A stretch of 63,872 bases of DNA, the filler included, from Octopus bimaculoides (taxonomy: Eukaryota): NCBI RefSeq assembly GCF_001194135.2. It is 5 parts of 4 records of this genome, joined end to end, with 100 filler letters (N's around TTAATTAATTAA, not from the genome) between each part and the next. Parts side by side here need not be neighbours in the genome. Positions count along the whole stretch, not along the records: positions 1 to 12,050 come from NC_068989.1; 4 more parts are not named here. One strand, given 5' to 3'. Both the position numbers and the translations under genes were made by a program. The notes beneath the pieces are model-generated. The model was not told the DNA's origin. It did no database searches and saw only the letters and a list, made by a program, of their open reading frames with translations. How positions within the stretch are numbered: position 1 is the first letter of the stretch; every line of letters begins with the position of its first letter. Positions 1 through 12,106 of the stretch are shown here, one piece after another.

Positions 1-60
<60 letters not shown>
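1..60. repeat. (GATA)n microsatellite
   Basis: Perfect GATA tetranucleotide run at the window start. Confidence 0.99.
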
Positions 61-61
<1 letters not shown>

Positions 62-115
62 GTTCTATATTTAAGAGATGAGGAATTATGTACATTATTT
101 ACAATTGACGGATAT

Positions 116-118
<3 letters not shown>
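61..118. mobile_element. Fragment of a Penelope-type terminal repeat family
   Basis: gttctatatttaagagatgaggaattatgtacattatttaca recurs nearly identically at 55985-56078 and partly at about 39783-39860. The longer copy ends in aacacaacgtttcggctg, the GAAAC half of a Penelope-type hammerhead on the minus strand. Confidence 0.6.
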
Positions 119-154
<36 letters not shown>

Positions 155-155
<1 letters not shown>

Positions 156-275
156 CTCGTGTCTTGATCGTTCAGCTCATGATCACAAGGTGCGGTTCAT
201 TGCATCCTTGAGCAAGAAATATCATTTCGCATTATTCCAGTCTATTCAACTATAAATGAGTACCAACCGGGTTGT
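155..275 (+). mobile_element. Degenerate tRNA-derived SINE fragment (CORE-like ccttgagcaag motif)
   Basis: catgatcacaagg...ccttgagcaagaaatatcatttc...taaatgagtacc; similar to the SINE head at 34640-34760. Confidence 0.5.
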
Positions 276-1100
276 GTTGCAGCCCGTCACTCCTTGCAGC
301 AACCACGTTGTCGACCTTCGGTTGGATTACGGTGTCAATGCCTGCTCGCGACAAAGTGGACACCTAATTAGTGAATTAGTGAATTAGTGAATGCATGGTC
401 CATGCTTGCCAGGTGAAACCCGCTCGTAAGTGACTGCTATGAATTTCGAGAAGTCAGGAACGTTATTGAGCACATCCAACAGATGCTTCAGCGATGTAAC
501 TCATTAGAATGCACAAGCATCAAGTTCTGAGGAACATGGTGAAGCAGAAACCTCTTCAGCACTAACTATAAGTCCAAAATTTGCAATTATGCATGGAATA
601 ACATAGAAATCTCGGACTGCCAGTTACAGATTTTGGCCAACAATTCCATGACTAGCTCCCGAAGTTGATAGTAGATTTCGTCGAGATTATTCTGGTCTTC
701 GACGCCAGCAAAATTCATTTGTTGAAGTAGGAAACAACATACAAATGACGACAAATGATATTTTCTTATTTAGTACAAGATTGATAACGACACAAACATT
801 TAACACAAACAAACCGGATACTTCCTACCTCGCAAAATGGCGAAAGTCGGTCTAACTAAATACGTTGCATAAACACTATTTGTAATTAATTGAAACTTTT
901 AAGTGTTGGTTATTGCATCAGTACCAGGGCGCACAGGAAGCTACTTGGTACATGCAGATAACAATCATGATAAAACTGATGCATTGGTGATCTACTGCGC
1001 AACAGCCACACTATAGCACGGACAGAATTCTTTTTCACTCGGTTCTGGCTGAAGCACGGTACGAACAGCTTTACAAACACATTGTGCTATGTATGATATC

Positions 1101-1336
1101 GAGGGCGGCGAGCTGGCAGAATCGTTAGCACGCTGAGCGAAATGCTTAGCGGTATTTCGTCTGCCGTTACGTTCTGAGTTCAAATTCCGCCGAGGTTGAC
1201 TTTGCCTTTCATCATTTCGGGATCAATTAAATAAGTACCAGTTACGCACTGGGGTCGATGTAATCGACTTAATCCGTTTGTCTGTCCTTGTTTGTCCCCT
1301 CTGTGTTTATCCCCCTGTGGGCAATAAAGGAATAGA
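1101..1336 (+). mobile_element. Full-length tRNA-derived SINE (type A: ggcggcgagctggcagaatcgttagc head) with 13-bp target-site duplication
   Basis: A-box/B-box-like head (gagctggcagaa...gagttcaaattcc), central gactttgcctttcatc...aagtaccag domain. Flanked by a perfect TSD tatgtatgatatc at 1088-1100 and 1337-1349. Confidence 0.93.
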
Positions 1337-1575
1337 TATGTATGATATCAGCTGCTTTGAGGATTAAGCCAATCCGGTTGGAATTGACACGAGACAAAAC
1401 AGCATTGGTCTACCAGGTACTCCCTGTGGCAAAACAGTGTAGGAAAGTACACTAGAGTAGGCAACTAGTTTCAATAGTCTACAAATATTAATGAGAACAT
1501 CATCTCAGGACTTATGAGATTGATCAATGAGTGAAGGTTGCATTGATCAACCTTGTATGCTTAATATTCTGTCAG

Positions 1576-1786
1576 GAGGCGGCGAGTGGCAGGAGTTAGC
1601 ACGCCGAGCAAAGTGCTTCGTGGTATTTCGTCCGTCGTTACGTTCTCAGTTCAAAATCCTCTGAGGTTGACTTTACTTTTCATCCTTTCGAGGTTGATAA
1701 AATAAGTACCAGTTGAACACTGGGTTGACGTAATCGACTTGTCTCCTCACCCCGAAATTGCTGGCCTTGTACCAGAATTAGAAAGC
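1576..1786 (+). mobile_element. Full-length tRNA-derived SINE (type A head, gaaattgctggccttgt tail) with 13-bp TSD
   Basis: Same head and central domain as 1101-1336 but a different tail. TSD aatattctgtcag (1563-1575) / aatattcagtcag (1787-1799), one mismatch. Confidence 0.9.
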
Positions 1787-3840
1787 AATATTCAGTCAGA
1801 AGGACATTCATGTAGCAAGTATCATTGACCCAAGCTGGCATCTGTGTTGCAAACATCTGATAGAAAGTAAGTTGTTTCTTTCATTGGGTGCACCTGAAAT
1901 GCACTAAATGGGTATGTGTCAGAGTAACGTCTGTTCGGCATGTTCAAACATGGATGGTTATTATCAGAATAACCATGCTAAGGTACGGTCTACCACCATG
2001 AAATTTCCACATTCACCACGGGTCATTGTAGACTTAGTGGCTCTGAGGACACTAATGAAGATCTCTACAGAGCATTTTCTTGAAGAATATAGACCTATTA
2101 GATCTTGCGAACAGCTGAACGTATTGTTCAACTAACATTGTTTTGCTTTATAAACGCATAAATCTAACCTTAAAGGATTTGAAACAAGTATTGCATAATA
2201 CAGTTATACTACAAATATAAGGTCAATGGTTTTCAGATACTTTGTTTATGGCTTTTCATAATCCTTGTAACTATTTTAGTGTTCTTACTGGACGCCTTGA
2301 TCCAGAGAACATAGGATTATCACATACTTAACGTTTTATGTAGTCTAGAAGTTGAGACAGCACAAATTATATATTTTTATGGTAGCCATTTTAAAAATCT
2401 AAAAACTGACAGCCAAGCAACTTTCTGTACAAATGTCAACATTAGTTTTCGGATTTTATATGCTCTGATGATTCTAAAAATGTACATGTTTGCTAATCTC
2501 CAAAACGTTTGAATAAAATTACATATGTAATAAAGTGAACTGGAAGTCTTGAAGTCTTGACGTCACAGCTTCTGCTACGGAGGCGAAGGAGGTGGAGAAC
2601 TGAAAGAAGTAAATGATGTATTAAATGGGTGTAGGATAAGAGACTAGTTCCCTTCTTTCATATCCTTTATGAACAATTTCTGCCTTGCCTTGTAATTTGC
2701 TTAACATTTCGGATGTCTCTATTAATTTCTTATATATTCTTATATTCTTATTCCTCTCAACATTCCCTACCTCTGATTCGTTTTTGTTACAACCCACCCG
2801 GTTCCTGCTCTTACTTTGAATTTTCTTCCTACATTTATCAAACATATTACATTCTATACACACACATATACACGCACATATAAAGTGCGGAAGAAGGGGA
2901 AATAATAAAAGAAAACAAATAAATCGACAGATTTGTCGAGATATCTTACACAACAAATAGAAGCGACAGTTGTTACGAAGAAAATCGCAGAAATTTATGA
3001 CTTTAACAAATGGCTGCTGAGTCCTCACCTTAAGATCATGTACAGAGAAAGAGAGCAAAGAAAGAGAGGGGGTTAGATGTAGAAAGGAAAAGAGAGAGGT
3101 GAGGAGAGAGAGAGAGAGAAGGAGTCGAGTATTTATTTCGTATCAACTAAGAAACAAATTTTTCAACAGTAATAATGAAAGTCTGCCGAGTGATTCATTA
3201 AACGTCAGAAGCGTAAGGAAGTAGGCTTAACGAAACGTTTTATCTAATAGACTTGTGGGGAGAGACAAGTCTGGAAAAACAGCAAGTTAACAATCAGGTA
3301 GAAACTTCGTAGACAATGAAATCAGTTCGCTAAAAGTAGGCGAATAGCCTTGAGTGTTGAAGAGAGTTTAGCTGAAGCACGGAGATAGATTAGTTTATCT
3401 TGCCGTTGTAATGTTTCTGAAACGGTGGTGGGTGGGTGGGGGGAGTGAGTATGTATATGTGTTGAACAAAGATAAACAAAATATAGTGGACTGGAAAGAT
3501 ATAGTAAGTAACATTGAATAAAAGAAATTCGATATTTTCGTCATTGTTGATAGAAAAAAAATGTGAAGGGAGATCGATGATACAACGTATTGGTAAAATT
3601 ACGTTTTCATAGAGATGTAATCGATATTGGTATTGAAAGAAATGGTAAAGCTCCGGACTCAATGACTTTGAGGTGAAATAGTTTATCAAACTGTTAACCT
3701 CATCTTTTGTGAGTCGTAAAAAAAAGATTTTAAAAACATTTAAACCAGTATTTGTGTAATAACTAATCCCAATAATTTAGCCATAACATTCCAGAAATTG
3801 ATATTGATACGCACACACAAACTCACACACACATACACAC

Positions 3841-3871
<31 letters not shown>

Positions 3872-4134
3872 AACTCACACATATACAGACACACGCATAC
3901 ACACGCATATACCTAATATATATATATACACATATTTATACATACACACATANNNNNNNNNNNNNNNNNNNNNNNNNNNNNNNNNNNNNNNNNNNNNNNN
4001 NNNNNNNNNNNNNNNNNNNNNNNNNNNNNNNNNNNNNNNNNNNNNNNNNNNNNNNNNNNNNNNNNNNNNNNNNNNNNNNNNNNNNNNNNNNNNNNNNNNN
4101 NNNNCATATTTATACATATATATATATATGCTTC

Positions 4135-4245
4135 TTTATATTTCTGTATACAAAATCTACTCACAAGGCTTTGGTCAGCCAAAAGCTTTAGTACATTTGC
4201 CCAAGGTACCACGCAGTCAGACTGCATGCGGAACCATGTGGCAGA
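4135..4245 (-). mobile_element. tRNA-derived SINE fragment (type B, CORE-like)
   Basis: caaaatctactcacaaggctttggtc...ttgcccaaggtaccacgcagt...ggaaccatgtgg matches the copy at 28224-28642. Confidence 0.85.
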
Positions 4246-5372
4246 AAAAAATACCAGAATCTCCACTGTGAATAAATGCTACAGTGATGTGTTCTGGTTT
4301 TTCATTTTTTGTTTTTTGTTTTTTCCTTCTTTTTTTTTCATCAAATTGCCGGAACAAATAGGTGTGCCAGAAATTGGGAAATAGGCATATTTTTAAACGG
4401 AATTGGTTAACACTTTTTTACGGTTTTCTCTGTTCTCAACATACACTTACACTTACACACACGTGCGCATACAAACATATATACATACATACATACATTC
4501 ATATACACACATAGCACACATATAATTATATACAAACAATATGCGTGTATGTGTTCGAGTGAGTGTGTGTATGTGTGTGTAATGCCAAGTATTTGACAGC
4601 TTAATCATAAATGCTTGACAGTGTTTTGTTTTGTTCTTTGGTATTCTTAGGTTCAAATCCCCTAGGTGTCCTACTCTGCTTTTCATCTCTCTGAAGTCGT
4701 TAACTGATGCAACAATAATATTGCTGTGGATAATCTAGTCTGTTATAAATAAATATATATATATATANNNNNNNNNNNNNNNNNNNNNNNNNNNNNNNNN
4801 NNNNNNNNNNNNNNNNNNNNNNNNNNNNNNNNNNNNNNNNNNNNNNNNNNNNNNNNNNNNNNNNNNNNNNNNNNNNNNNNNNNNNNNNNNNNNNNNNNNN
4901 NNNNNNNNNNNNNNNNNNNNNNNNNNNNNNNNNNNNNNNNNNNNNNNNNNNNNNNNNNNNNNNNNNNNNNNNNNNNNNNNNNNNNNNNNNNNNNNNNNNN
5001 NNNNNNNNNNNNNNNNNNNNNNNNNNNNNNNNNNNNNNNNNNNNNNNNNNNNNNNNNNNNNNNNNNNNNNNNNNNNNNNNNNNNNNNNNNNNNNNNNNNN
5101 NNNNNNNNNNNNNNNNNNNNNNNNNNNNNNNNNNNNNNNNNNNNNNNNNNNNNNNNNNNNNNNNNNNNNNNNNNNNNNNNNNNNNNNNNNNNNNNNNNNN
5201 NNNNNNNNNNNNNNNNNNNNNNNNNNNNNNNNNNNNNNNNNNNNNNNNNNNNNNNNNNNNNNNNNNNNNNNNNNNNNNNNNNNNNNNNNNNNNNNNNNNN
5301 NNNNNNNNNNNNNNNNNNNNNNNNNNNNNNNNNNNNNNNNNNNNNNNNNNNNNNNNNNNNNNNNNNNNNNNN

Positions 5373-5892
5373 AGTTTCGAGGATTTCCTGGAAAGTTCCT
5401 TGGAATTTCTGGAAATTTCCGAGGATGAGCTACATTCTGTTACGTTCCGAGGGTTTCCTGGAAAGTTCCCTAGAATTCCTGGAAAGATCCATGGATGGAC
5501 TACTTCCTGGAAAGTTCCATATATTGGTCGTCCTGGTTATTTCCGATGATTTCCTGGAAAGTTCCGGGAAATTCCTTGAAAGTCCCGAGTATTTGGCTTC
5601 CAGGAACGTTTCCGAGGATTTCTTGAGAAGTTCCGATGATGTGTTACTTCCTGGAAAGTTTCGAAGATTGTTCTTCCTGGGAAGTTTCGCGAATTTCCTG
5701 GAAAGTTCCGAGGTTGAGCTACTTCCTGGAAATTTTGAGGATTTGTCTTCCTAGAAAGTTCCGTGGGTTACCTGGAAAGAACCGAGGATGAAATACTTCA
5801 TGGAAATTCCGAGGATGAGGTACTTCCTGGAAAGTTTCAAGGGCTTCCTGGAGAATTCCGAGGATGAGATATTTCCTGGAAAGATCCGAGAA
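5373..5892. repeat. Degenerate minisatellite, core ttcctggaaagttccgaggat
   Basis: Many variable-length units containing TTCCTGGAA/GGAAAGTTCC. It begins at the edge of an N gap, so it may be longer. Confidence 0.92.
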
Positions 5893-6017
5893 TCTATGGT
5901 GTAAAAACAAACAAGAAAAAAGAAAGCCTGATCTAATGCGGTGGTTTGACTCAACAAAGCTATCCTCGTTGCCGTGCTGATGGTGGTGTGTGTAGGTGAA
6001 ATTAAGAAGTAGATAAG

Positions 6018-6236
6018 GTGGTGAGCTAACAGAATCGTTAGAAAACCGGGCAAAATGCTTCGCAGCATTTCGACTGTCTTTACGTTTTGTGTTCAAATAC
6101 CGCTGAGATTGACTTTGCCTTTCATCCTCCCGAGGTCGACAAAATAAATACCGATTGAGCACTGGGGTCGATGTAATCGACTTAACCCTTGTCCCGAAAA
6201 TGCTGGCCTTGTGACGAAATTTGAAACCAATATCAA
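6018..6236 (+). mobile_element. tRNA-derived SINE (type A)
   Basis: ggtggtgagctaacagaatcgttag...gactttgcctttcatcc...gagcactggggtcgatgtaatcgactt...gctggccttgtgacgaaatttgaaacc. Confidence 0.9.
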
Positions 6237-6786
6237 AAGGTAGAGAGATGAAAGGAAGTGCCAAATGTATGAGGATTACGGAATCGTGTGAGATACAAGA
6301 ATAGCTATGTACAATATTACCGGTGAAGGTGAGATGTCGTAGGCTTATATCGAAATTTGCAATGACTTACTTGGCTAGCATTACACTTAGGAAGCATAGC
6401 AAAGCCGAGAATATTTTATAGCTGATATGGCAAATGCATGTGTGAGAACGATTAAAATTGAGGGCAAGTCCTCTGCAAGCAGAAAAAGGGAATAATTGCG
6501 TCATGGTTTGTTAAGGCCGGCCAGGAAACTGGATGGAACAATGCAGTATAATAAGGGTAGAGAAAACCTGGATGTTCTCAGGCAAAATTAGTGTTACTTC
6601 GAACAGGTGGATGGAAAGATAATGTCGGAAGGTAAGTAAATCGGTGCGGTATCCAGTCAACAGCAGCTGCATTGAATGTCTTTCAGTGCAATATATGCAT
6701 ATATACACAGCATGTATGAGTCTGAATGTATTGATATGAATGCACATATATATATATGTGGATATATACGTACTAATGTGTATGTA

Positions 6787-6865
<79 letters not shown>

Positions 6866-7195
6866 GTGTGTGTGTGTGTGTGTGGGTATATTGATAAGCG
6901 CGAATGCTATATATATATATATATATATATGCATATAGGTCTGTTTGCTAAGTGCCAGCGCAGGAAACTCTCGGCTCTTGTGTCACTCTGTTACATCTGC
7001 TAAATAATGATATATGTGTATGTGTGTTCTGTGTGTGTATACACTACACACAAATGGGCTGAGCCCATTTGACAAAAGCAGTTTTCTTACATTTAAATAT
7101 AAGTAGCGTCCATTACTGTATCTCGGCACATTGGGATGGATATAGGTCAATACATGTGCGTGCATAAGTATGAAAGAGTGAATCTCTATGTGTGT

Positions 7196-7234
<39 letters not shown>

Positions 7235-8030
7235 CGTGCGTGCGCCTGTGTGTGAGTGTGTGTATCTGAATACATGCATTTGCACGTATGTGTGTGAGTA
7301 TAAATACGAATGCATGATAATATGACAATAACAACACCAGAGTCTAGATAAAAGTTATTATTAATTTAACGCGCAGCGAAATAGAAACGTCTTGAACGTT
7401 TCGGAAAGTAAGAACGAGAAACAACCATAGAAAAAATAAATTTAAAAAAAATAACGGGAAGAAAAAAAATGAGAGATGAAAAATCATAACACGTGTAGAA
7501 TCTTTTCAGCGCCATATTGAAATATACCAGAAGCAAGAAAATGGCTTCCGCTATATCAGATCNNNNNNNNNNNNNNNNNNNNNNNNNNNNNNNNNNNNNN
7601 NNNNNNNNNNNNNNNNNNNNNNNNNNNNNNNNNNNNNNNNNNNNNNNNNNNNNNNNNNNNNNNNNNNNNNNNNNNNNNNNNNNNNNNNNNNNNNNNNNNN
7701 NNNNNNNNNNNNNNNNNNNNNNNNNNNNNNNNNNNNNNNNNNNNNNNNNNNNNNNNNNNNNNNNNNNNNNNNNNNNNNNNNNNNNNNNNNNNNNNNNNNN
7801 NNNNNNNNNNNNNNNNNNNNNNNNNNNNNNNNNNNNNNNNNNNNNNNNNNNNNNNNNNNNNNNNNNNNNNNNNNNNNNNNNNNNNNNNNNNNNNNNNNNN
7901 NNNNNNNNNNNNNNNNNNNNNNNNNNNNNNNNNNNNNNNNNNNNNNNNNNNNNNNNNNNNNNNNNNNNNNNNNNNNNNNNNNNNNNNNNNNNNNNNNNNN
8001 NNNNNNNNNNNNNNNNNNNNNNNNNNNNNN

Positions 8031-8092
<62 letters not shown>

Positions 8093-9361
8093 TGTAATTA
8101 GTTAATTAATTTTAGAGTAGTGTGCTGGTTTTTAGACTGTTTTATCGCTGTGCGATATGTGTTATGGTCTCGCGTGTTATGTGTTGTTGGTTGAATGGTT
8201 TGCATACTGTCTCAGATCTGTTTGCCTTATAGTTTGTGTAGTGCTTGTAAACGGTTGTATAATTGACAGTCTGCAGCGATGTAAATGTTGACTGTGTGCG
8301 TTTTGGTTTTTCACGTACGTTTGCATATCTCCTGACGTGCGTAGGTGCGTGCATATACATGCATCATTGTGTTGTGTAAGTGTAAGCATGTGTGTACGTC
8401 CATACAGCGCATGTGTATGAGTTTTAAGTGCATGTGTATGAAACAGACAAAAGTCGAATGCATGTGCTAAGGTTGCGTCAATGTTAGAGCATTGGAATAT
8501 GTGTATATTTACATTTTTAGTTTTAAGTATATGCATAATGGTGTTTTTGCGATGTTTGCGTATATATTTGAAGTAAATAGACTGTATTTTTGAAAGAAAA
8601 TTGTATGCGCACATTCATTATTTTCTTTGTTTACGAGTGATTTTTAGTATGTTTTAGTGTGTTGCACATGTGTATTATGAATGAATATGCATGCCACTGT
8701 GCAGTTCTTTGTGTATGTGTGTGTAAGTCTGCATATGTGTGTGAATTTTCAGCACGCGTGCAATGGTCTTTTGGAATTGTGTGTTTTCATATTGTTTAAT
8801 TTGTACGTTTGGATTTTCTGCTGCGCGGTGTTTAAGTGTATTTTATAGTTTTATGTTGCAGTTTCTGTATACATACAGATGAATGTATGTATACGTTAGT
8901 TTATGTGAGTGTGTTTGCTTATGCTTTTGTTTGTTTTTGTTTTGTTTTTTTTTGTTCTGGAACATGCGCGTATTTATTTTGTTCCTTTTAATACGTGAAT
9001 TTTGATATTTTGACAGTATGTGTTTGCATGTTTATATATATTTTTTGGTGTGTTTATGTGCAGTAGCGTGTGTTGCATTTATATGCTACGTGTGCGTGTG
9101 TGTTGCGCGTGTGTATGTGTGTGTGTGTGTATGTGTGTGTGCGAGTGTGTGTGGTGTGATATACAGACATACACAATTCTTCGAACCATTTCACAAACAC
9201 TTCTTAAACTTTAAACGTACATGCGCGTACATACTGAATACTTGCACACATGTATACATTCTGCTATACAGCCGCACAATGACATGCGTAGTACACATTT
9301 GGAAAACACAAATTATATTAAAACTCACCCTTCATTTGTTAAGGATGTGTATGAACGGATT

Positions 9362-9856
9362 CGGGGTTGATGATAAAGCAAAAGAGTTTGGAAATTGAGA
9401 CTGTGAAGGGCAAAATCTTGATGAAAGAGGAAAATAAGCTCTTGTTCTCATCGGAAACGAGAGTTCAGTGATTCTATTTTACAGAATGTAACCGAAATCG
9501 TAAAGATGCTGGATGGACTAGTTCGCAGAGTAGAAATTGCTTGAAAGGAGTGACTCGTTACCAAGCAGGACGTCACGGATCTCGACATGTACCGTCAGTC
9601 GCTCTGAAAGTCAATGACTAATCTGAATAATGAATAAGAACTTAGAGAGTGAGCATTTGAGTTAGTAGACGAAGTTTGTAGAGGCGCTGCTGAAAGAGTC
9701 GATGATGTAGACGTTTTGAGTATTAGATTCAATGGGCACGCTGATGTTTGTGAGGAACAGGAGTTTATGCCAATGGGGACAAGACTAGTGAAGTTGTCTG
9801 TGCTGAGTCCGGATTTAAACCGTCTTTTGCAAAACACAATTGCATTCGAGGTTTAA
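9362..9856 (+). pseudogene. Possible decayed coding relic of unknown origin (Arg-rich N-terminus, helical C-terminal part)
   Basis: One frame has 8 TGA + 2 TAA internal stops and no TAG. The last 68 codons are open (AFELVDEVCRGAAERVDDVDVLSIRFNGHADVCEEQEFMPMGTRLVKLSVLSPDLNRLLQNTIAFEV*). No family recognised. Confidence 0.35.
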
Positions 9857-10537
9857 CGTTTAACTAATTTTATTGTATTTCTCTGAATATTTTCTTATAA
9901 GTTCCCTGCAGTTTGTCTAGAATAACCTTTTTTTTCTCCTTTATCTCTTTTACTTGTTTCAGTCATTTGACTGTGGCCATGCTGGAGCACCGCCATTGGT
10001 AATACCTCACAAATGTTTCTCACCCTTTACAATCCCATCCTAGTTGGTGTTACTGTGTTACTGTCATATATATTGCTGACGTCATGAGAATTAGATAACT
10101 TCGAGAGCACGTGAAATAATTCTTTTTGGAATAGTGTAACTTGAAGCAAATAAAGCTGTAAATAATAACGTGTAAATATTGCATTACGAACCTTTTGAGA
10201 TAGAAACACTCCAAGGCTGCCTGTAGGGTCCAATATTTCACGCTCATATCTATAGCTTTATCTACTTCCGATATATGCATTTAGTACATATACAAATGTG
10301 TGTATGTATATGTGTGTCTTTAAATGTATGTATGTATGCATGTATGTATGTATGTATGTATGTATGTATGTATGTGTGTATGTATATGTACGAATATATA
10401 TGTGTGTGTAGAGAGAGAGAGAGGGGAAGAGAGGGAGGAACACACAAAGAGAGGGAGAAGAACAGAGAGAGATGAAGAACAGAGAGAAGAGGAACACAGA
10501 GAGAGAGGGTAAGAACAGAGAGAGAGAGGGTAAGAAC

Positions 10538-10570
<33 letters not shown>

Positions 10571-12018
10571 TGGGAAAACAGAAAAAGAGGGAGAAGAACA
10601 GAGAGAGAGGGTGAGGAGCAGAGAGAGAGGAGGAACAGAGAGCGAGGGAATAACAGAGAGAGAGAGGAGAGGAACAGAGAGAGATGGGGAGAAACAGATA
10701 GAGAGAGACCATTAATTCGATTTAGCGTATAATCACTTTCCCATTGTAGACATATGCTTGTAACATATATGATAGTATTTCTACTACGGGCCTTCAGATG
10801 TCTACCTATTCCTGATTAATTTTTTTGTGATAAATATAGCTCACTATTATTTCAAGAATCATATTAATAACAGCCAGCTCTGGTCTTGTGTAACAACATT
10901 GTATGAATCTTGATTTTTAATGTATACAGACTAAATTCGATTTATAAGCAAGGAAACATAAATTAGTATTTTTCCATGATATTAGTGAAGTAAGTTTAAA
11001 TGAAATAGCAACAATCTGGAATCGAAACTGGATCGCGGATTCCGCCCCTCACGATATTAGATTTACCACTGTATCCATCACACTACCTATCGTTAATATT
11101 GCTGGTTCACTGGCTCTCTTGTGAACAGGATAGAATGTTTGGGAGAAATGAGGTGGAATATAATTTTGTCTAACACATACAAAAGAAAGAAACGCTTTCT
11201 ATATCTTCTGGGTCATTAAGTTAGTTGATAGCTCAGTGCACTTTCATCATCATTTATCTCAACAAGTGTATATGTAAGAGCGCTTTAATATAGCCCTGAG
11301 CTCCTAGTAAACAGAGTTTCCGAGTTTTGTCGACCCCCTGTAGGGATATCACTAAAACGTTTCATTTCTTTGTACTTGCAAATCCGATCAATGTCAACAG
11401 CCTGAAGAGGAATGATCTCAAACAGGCAGAGACGTAACCTTTGACTTACAACTGAAGATGGAAGATTTTCTAGCACTTCACGACTACCTCAAAGTAACAA
11501 GGCTTTCAAAAATAACTTTACATCATTTTCTCATTTAATATGTTTTTATTATACTTTTTCATTTCTAAAATAACATTAAAATTATATCATCCGTTATTTA
11601 CAGGAATATTTTGCAGTAGATTTAGTGCTGTAACATGTCTTTTAGAGAACCGATAGTCAACGAAGGATAGTTTGATATGTAGGAGCAACACATGGCCAGT
11701 TTATTTTTAGTATCTGTATGATGAAACCTTTAGTTTCTTAGAGTACTCTGAGTTTTAACTCAACACGTTATTCCTGCTTCCAGTATCCCTCCCAAAATGG
11801 ACACATTTACACACGCACTCATAAACGAAGGCATGTTTATGGCTAACAAAGAGAAGGAAAAGGTGTATTTATTTATACCGAACCTTATTTCTAACAAATC
11901 TCAATTCATGTCAAGATATTACCGCAACAAGTACTGGAGACGATTTGTTCGACTAAACCCTTCAAAGTGGTGACCCAGCACGAATGCAGAACAATGACTG
12001 AAACAGGTGAAATATACT

Positions 12019-12050
<32 letters not shown>

Positions 12051-12094
12051 NNNNNNNNNNNNNNNNNNNNNNNNNNNNNNNNNNNNNNNNNNNN

Positions 12095-12106
12095 TTAATT
12101 AATTAA
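12095..12106. other. Artificial scaffold linker TTAATTAATTAA inside a 100-bp N spacer (also at 25891-25902, 39905-39916, 62604-62615)
   Basis: Identical N44-TTAATTAATTAA-N44 structure; the 12-mer has stops in all six frames. Confidence 0.95.

Noticed and set aside
912-960. Short hairpin tgcat(ca)gtacca...tggtacatgca as a pre-miRNA
   Set aside because: Only about 11 paired bases; too short for a pre-miRNA stem and no known mature sequence recognised.
1104-1195. tRNA-like A/B boxes at the SINE heads
   Set aside because: They are SINE heads attached to central domains and tails, and lack a complete cloverleaf; not tRNA genes.
5425-6068. ORFs over the TTCCTGGAA minisatellite read as a repetitive protein or neuropeptide/reflectin-like precursor
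   Set aside because: Unit lengths shift frames, and there are no reflectin MD(X)5MD motifs or dibasic-flanked amidated peptides.
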